Positions 51,458-54,652 of a stretch of 54,652 bases of DNA are shown one piece after another (position 1 is the first letter of the stretch; every line of letters begins with the position of its first letter). The stretch is from an uncultured Tepidisphaeraceae bacterium (GTDB lineage Bacteria > Planctomycetota > Phycisphaerae > Tepidisphaerales > Tepidisphaeraceae): contig CAYTAP010000006.1 in the NCBI GenBank assembly GCA_964435775.1, forward strand, positions 1-54,652, read 5' to 3'. Position numbers and translations under genes: made by a program. The notes under the pieces were generated by a model, which made no database searches, was not told the origin of the DNA, and worked only from the letters and a program-made list of their open reading frames with translations.

Positions 51458-52321
51458 ATGCGACGAATGCGGCAATGGCGAGGTGTAAGCGGGCGTTTTG
51501 CCTTGGTCGCGGCGGCGGCGGGGCTTGTGGTATTTCCCGCCATTTCGTCGGCCGCGCTGGTCGCGTATGAAGGGTTTGATTACGTGGTGGGGACCAAGGT
51601 CAACACTTCGACAACCAACAGCAACGTCAATGGGGGGAGCGGATGGAGCGATAGCTGGAGTTCGTACAATCCCGACCCCAGCCGATCGGCGGCGGGGAGC
51701 TTGTCGGCCGGTGCGCTGACCACGACGGGAAATCATTTCACCACACCGACCACTTCGAATCAGAACGGCAACGGCGCGACGCGGCATCTGACGACGACAG
51801 CCGCCGCAGCGTTCAACTCCGGCGGCAATCTGACCGGTGTCAGTCGCTGGATCAGCCTGCTTTTGCGCCCTGAAACAGGCACAACCGACAATTTCACTCT
51901 TTCTCTTGGCAATACCGGTGGCGGCGGATACGCGGGGCCGCAAAAAATTTACACCTCCGGTGGCTATTACGGCTTCAACGGCACCAGCGGGTTTGTCAGT
52001 TCCGGCGTGGCGTGGGCGGCCAATCAGACGGTGTTCCTGGTTCTCAAAATCGACTTCACCGATGCCACGCACTGGAATGGAACCTTGTATGTCGATCCGA
52101 CGCCCGGCTTGGTCTCGCCGGATGTGACGGGCACGAGCCATGCGCTGAAGGAGTTGAAAGCCACGACCTCGCTCAGCCAGGGAGGCAACGGCTGGTCTGT
52201 CGATGAGCTTCGATTTGGAGAAACGTATCAGGATGTGTCGCCCGTGCCTGAGCCAACGACGATCTCGTTACTCGGTATCGGCGGGTTGGCGCTGTTGCGG
52301 CGGCGGAGACGGATGGGTTAA
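51458..52321 (+). CDS. PEP-CTERM-anchored secreted protein
   Basis: GGAGG lies 5 nt upstream of the ATG at 51458. Signal peptide ...LVVFPAISSAA. C-terminal VPEPTTISLLGIGGLALLRRRRRMG. Confidence 0.78.
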   Translation: MRRMRQWRGVSGRFALVAAAAGLVVFPAISSAALVAYEGFDYVVGTKVNTSTTNSNVNGGSGWSDSWSSYNPDPSRSAAGSLSAGALTTTGNHFTTPTTSNQNGNGATRHLTTTAAAAFNSGGNLTGVSRWISLLLRPETGTTDNFTLSLGNTGGGGYAGPQKIYTSGGYYGFNGTSGFVSSGVAWAANQTVFLVLKIDFTDATHWNGTLYVDPTPGLVSPDVTGTSHALKELKATTSLSQGGNGWSVDELRFGETYQDVSPVPEPTTISLLGIGGLALLRRRRRMG

Positions 52322-52382
52322 GTTCGCAAGGGCGGCATCGCCCGTCAGACACGAGTGATTTCATGTGCATAAGGAGGTTGAA

Positions 52383-53912
52383 ATGATGAAGGCATACAAC
52401 AATCGTCCCAAACGCGCGAGCAAGCTGCTCATCGCCGCAGTGGCGGCGGCATCGGCGGCATGGATGACGCGCCCGGCATCGGCAGCGGACTATTCATGGA
52501 ACACCGCGACGAATAACCAAAACTGGTCCGTCCTGGGCAATTGGCTGGCGGGTGGAAGCCCGGCCGTCAGCCTGCCTGGTGCTTCGGACAACATTGTCAC
52601 GCCGACACAGTACGGCATCGTTTATGCAGCCCCGGCGACTATCACGGTCCATGACTGGACATACAATTCGGCCAGCAATTGGGAATTGATCGGTTTCTCC
52701 AACCCCGCGGCCAACCATGATTGGACGATCAGTGGAACGCTGAGCAAGTCGGGCTCGGGGACGTTGACCTTGCGTGGGTCGCAGGCGACGACGCTTACCG
52801 TCAATCAACTGTCGATGTCGGGTGGGATTTTGAACATGGGCTTGGGCGGCAAGATGCTCAATTCGCTGAGCATTGGTTCGGCCAACATTTCCGGCGGACA
52901 GGTGAATGTGATCGTCGATACCAGCGCCAACAATCAAGCTGGCACGGTCACGGCGGCCATCACCGGAACACTGACGATGAGCGGAAGCAGCACGTTGTAT
53001 GTGCGCCGTGATGCTGTGGGTGAGTATGGAAATCTGGCGGTGGGGGCTTTGGCATCGACCGCTACGACGCCGGTCATTCGCGCCAACGCATATGGCGGCA
53101 ACCCCACCTATGGCACACTGATCGTGAAGAGCCCCGTCAACCAGACGGCCAGCTTTGCCGGGCAGTTGCAGGCGTCGGCCGCCGGGTATCTGAGCCTGGT
53201 TCATGACGGGCCGGGCACACAGGTTCTCACCGGCAACAGCAACACCTATCGCGGCGGAACGTCCGTCAAGCAGGGGACGCTGCTCTTGAACAACACGAGC
53301 GGTTCGGGCACCGGCGTGGGCGCGGTGGCCGTTCACAGCGGCGGCGTGCTTGGCGGGTCCGGGAGCATCGCTCCGACGACTGTCGGCACATATGTGGTCA
53401 ATCCCGGCATCACCATTGCGGGCAAGGTCTCGCCGGGTGCGTCGGCCGGCGTCATTGGTAATCTGACAATTAATCTCGGCGGCACCGCCGGCACGTTGGC
53501 AATGCAAAGCGGCGGATCGTTTCTCATGGACCTGGCCGCCGTCGGCGGCGCGACAATCAACGCGCCGGGCATCAGCGACCGTCTGCTGTTGACGGGGATG
53601 TCGGCCGGCGATGTCATCTTCAACGGCAACGTCGTCGCCCCCGCAGGCGGCGGGATCGGCTGGTACAAACTGCTGGATACCGATGCCGGCAGCGCCACTT
53701 GGAGCGGTTTGACCCTCAGCGGCCAGCAGATCACCGCCGGACTGACGCTGGGCGGCGGGTATGGCGGCACACTCTGGATGGGCGATGGCACGAATGGCGA
53801 TGTCGGCGACATTTACCTGAACCTGACCAGCGTGCCGGAACCCGCGAGCATGTCGCTGCTGGCCATCGGCGGGTTGGCGCTGCTCAGGCGGCGACGGGGC
53901 GCGTCTGCTTAA
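52383..53912 (+). CDS. PEP-CTERM-anchored secreted protein with autotransporter-associated beta-strand repeats
   Basis: AAGGAGG RBS and signal peptide ...MTRPASAA. Motifs YSWNTATNNQNWSVLGNW, NTYRGGTSVKQGTLLLNN and GSGTGVGAVAVHSGGVLGGSG. C-terminal VPEPASMSLLAIGGLALLRRRRG. Confidence 0.82.
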   Translation: MMKAYNNRPKRASKLLIAAVAAASAAWMTRPASAADYSWNTATNNQNWSVLGNWLAGGSPAVSLPGASDNIVTPTQYGIVYAAPATITVHDWTYNSASNWELIGFSNPAANHDWTISGTLSKSGSGTLTLRGSQATTLTVNQLSMSGGILNMGLGGKMLNSLSIGSANISGGQVNVIVDTSANNQAGTVTAAITGTLTMSGSSTLYVRRDAVGEYGNLAVGALASTATTPVIRANAYGGNPTYGTLIVKSPVNQTASFAGQLQASAAGYLSLVHDGPGTQVLTGNSNTYRGGTSVKQGTLLLNNTSGSGTGVGAVAVHSGGVLGGSGSIAPTTVGTYVVNPGITIAGKVSPGASAGVIGNLTINLGGTAGTLAMQSGGSFLMDLAAVGGATINAPGISDRLLLTGMSAGDVIFNGNVVAPAGGGIGWYKLLDTDAGSATWSGLTLSGQQITAGLTLGGGYGGTLWMGDGTNGDVGDIYLNLTSVPEPASMSLLAIGGLALLRRRRGASA

Positions 53913-53976
53913 AGGACACGAGAGAGGTTGTTTGTTCGACGGCGCAGTATGGGCGCGGCCGATCACTTTGCCCGAG

Positions 53977-54063
53977 GTGGGCGATGTACGGATCGCAAAA
54001 GTCGATTGCGGCATGTTGATGGTCTGCGAGCCCAGGCTGGGCTATGCGTATATGGCGGAGTGA
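53977..54063 (+). other. Conserved leader block or candidate small ORF (28 codons from a GTG), paralog of 51347..51430
   Basis: Roughly 80% nucleotide identity to the first copy over about 63 nt, ending in an identical ATGGCGGAGTGA. The stop is 60 nt before the downstream ATG at 54124. Confidence 0.3.
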
Positions 54064-54123
54064 TCGATCTCGGGATGGTGTTGTTTTGGATGCGTGGGGT
54101 ATGTCTTGCATGAGGAGGTTGTG

Positions 54124-54652
54124 ATGAGAAAGCAGATGAGGATTTCCGATCGCGCGCTTGCGGTGCGGTTCCGCAGTTTGGTTTTGGTTGGCGTGGTCGG
54201 AGCGTCGCCGGCGTTGGCGCCGGCCTACACTGGAAGTTTTACAAACAACGACTTCAGTGTCGCCACTGGGGACTGGGGTGTCGCCACCAATTGGTCCGCC
54301 AAGGATGCAGGCGTCAATTATGTGCCCGGCGCGAGCGCCAATTATTACAACGATGCTCGAATTAACGGCGGAAGAAGCGTGACGGTCAGCACGAATGTCT
54401 TGCCGAATTCCAGCCAGACCCGCAGCGTGCTTGTCAATGATGGCCAGTTGCATGTAGGCACGTCGGGTATATTGGGCGCTGGCAGTGTCGGTATCTCCGC
54501 GCCATCAACCCTGGATTTGGACGGTAGGATTGATACGTCAAGCCTGTCGGTTTCCGGGGCAATGACGATTGACTCGGGCGCCGCATTAAATCTCAACTCC
54601 CAGTGGCAGTTCTCGGTGGGCGGTACGGGAGTCGTCACCTTTAACGGTGGTA
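54124..54652 (+). CDS. Secreted surface protein, N-terminal fragment (3' end outside the window), paralogous to the PEP-CTERM proteins
   Basis: Absent from the ORF track because there is no stop within the window. GAGGAGG lies upstream. My translation MRKQMRISDRALAVRFRSLVLVGVVGASPALAPAYTG...GDWGVATNWS... has no stops through to the window end. Confidence 0.55.
   Translation, partial: MRKQMRISDRALAVRFRSLVLVGVVGASPALAPAYTGSFTNNDFSVATGDWGVATNWSAKDAGVNYVPGASANYYNDARINGGRSVTVSTNVLPNSSQTRSVLVNDGQLHVGTSGILGAGSVGISAPSTLDLDGRIDTSSLSVSGAMTIDSGAALNLNSQWQFSVGGTGVVTFNGG

Noticed and set aside
39604-54014. Other long antisense ORFs in the glycan locus (39604..41028, 41119..41865, 41999..42913, 45317..46360, 47929..49185, 51305..52141, 52494..54014)
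   Set aside because: All lie opposite genes with signal peptides, GH motifs or PEP-CTERM anchors, and all have shadow-ORF composition.
1-54652. tRNA, rRNA, integrase or transposase genes as island boundaries
   Set aside because: I inspected the intergenic regions by eye and saw no cloverleaf-like sequence or recombinase motif. This was not an exhaustive computational scan (tRNAscan-SE or Infernal would be decisive).

Overview
This is a GC-rich bacterial chromosomal segment with about 41 supportable CDSs. I found no rRNA, tRNA, CRISPR array, transposase or integrase by eye. A prepilin-type/DUF1559-like protein, at least three PEP-CTERM-anchored secreted proteins, a GT3-type glycogen synthase and dense G-rich palindromic intergenic repeats suggest the PVC superphylum, most likely Planctomycetota (Phycisphaerae-like). 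That placement is inference only.

Layout:
- 1-22 kb: housekeeping genes (aldolase fragment, nuoN, porin, rsmG, GT4, PIG-L deacetylase, HAD, ilvN, radA, DoxX, DUF971, gatB, PilZ, glycogen synthase, GH-like enzyme), with a hicAB toxin-antitoxin pair downstream of gatB.
- 22.2-27.1 kb: a Type III restriction-modification operon (mod...res) split by a BrnT toxin/DUF2283-like pair. It sits at the 3' end of a co-directional ABC-transporter/nuoG string.
- 34.8-54.6 kb: a glycan-utilisation-like locus with an FAD oxidoreductase, a GntR/sugar-binding regulator, four or five clan GH-A/GH42-like hydrolases with unusual domain fusions, a PhyH dioxygenase, a pseudopilin-like protein and four surface proteins.

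Most notable non-genic signals:
- A roughly 105-bp nested-palindrome repeat family carrying G-quadruplex motifs on both strands (5 copies). One copy is enclosed by 20-bp perfect inverted repeats plus 8-bp direct repeats. Another lies inside the glycogen synthase ORF next to a 24-nt tandem array.
- A second palindromic family (GTAGGGTCCGC...), 3 copies.
- A 60-nt near-perfect palindrome lying in frame within the mod CDS.
- A conserved leader or small ORF upstream of PEP-CTERM genes.

The many long antisense ORFs in the track are high-GC shadow ORFs and were rejected. All product calls come from motif recognition without database searches.
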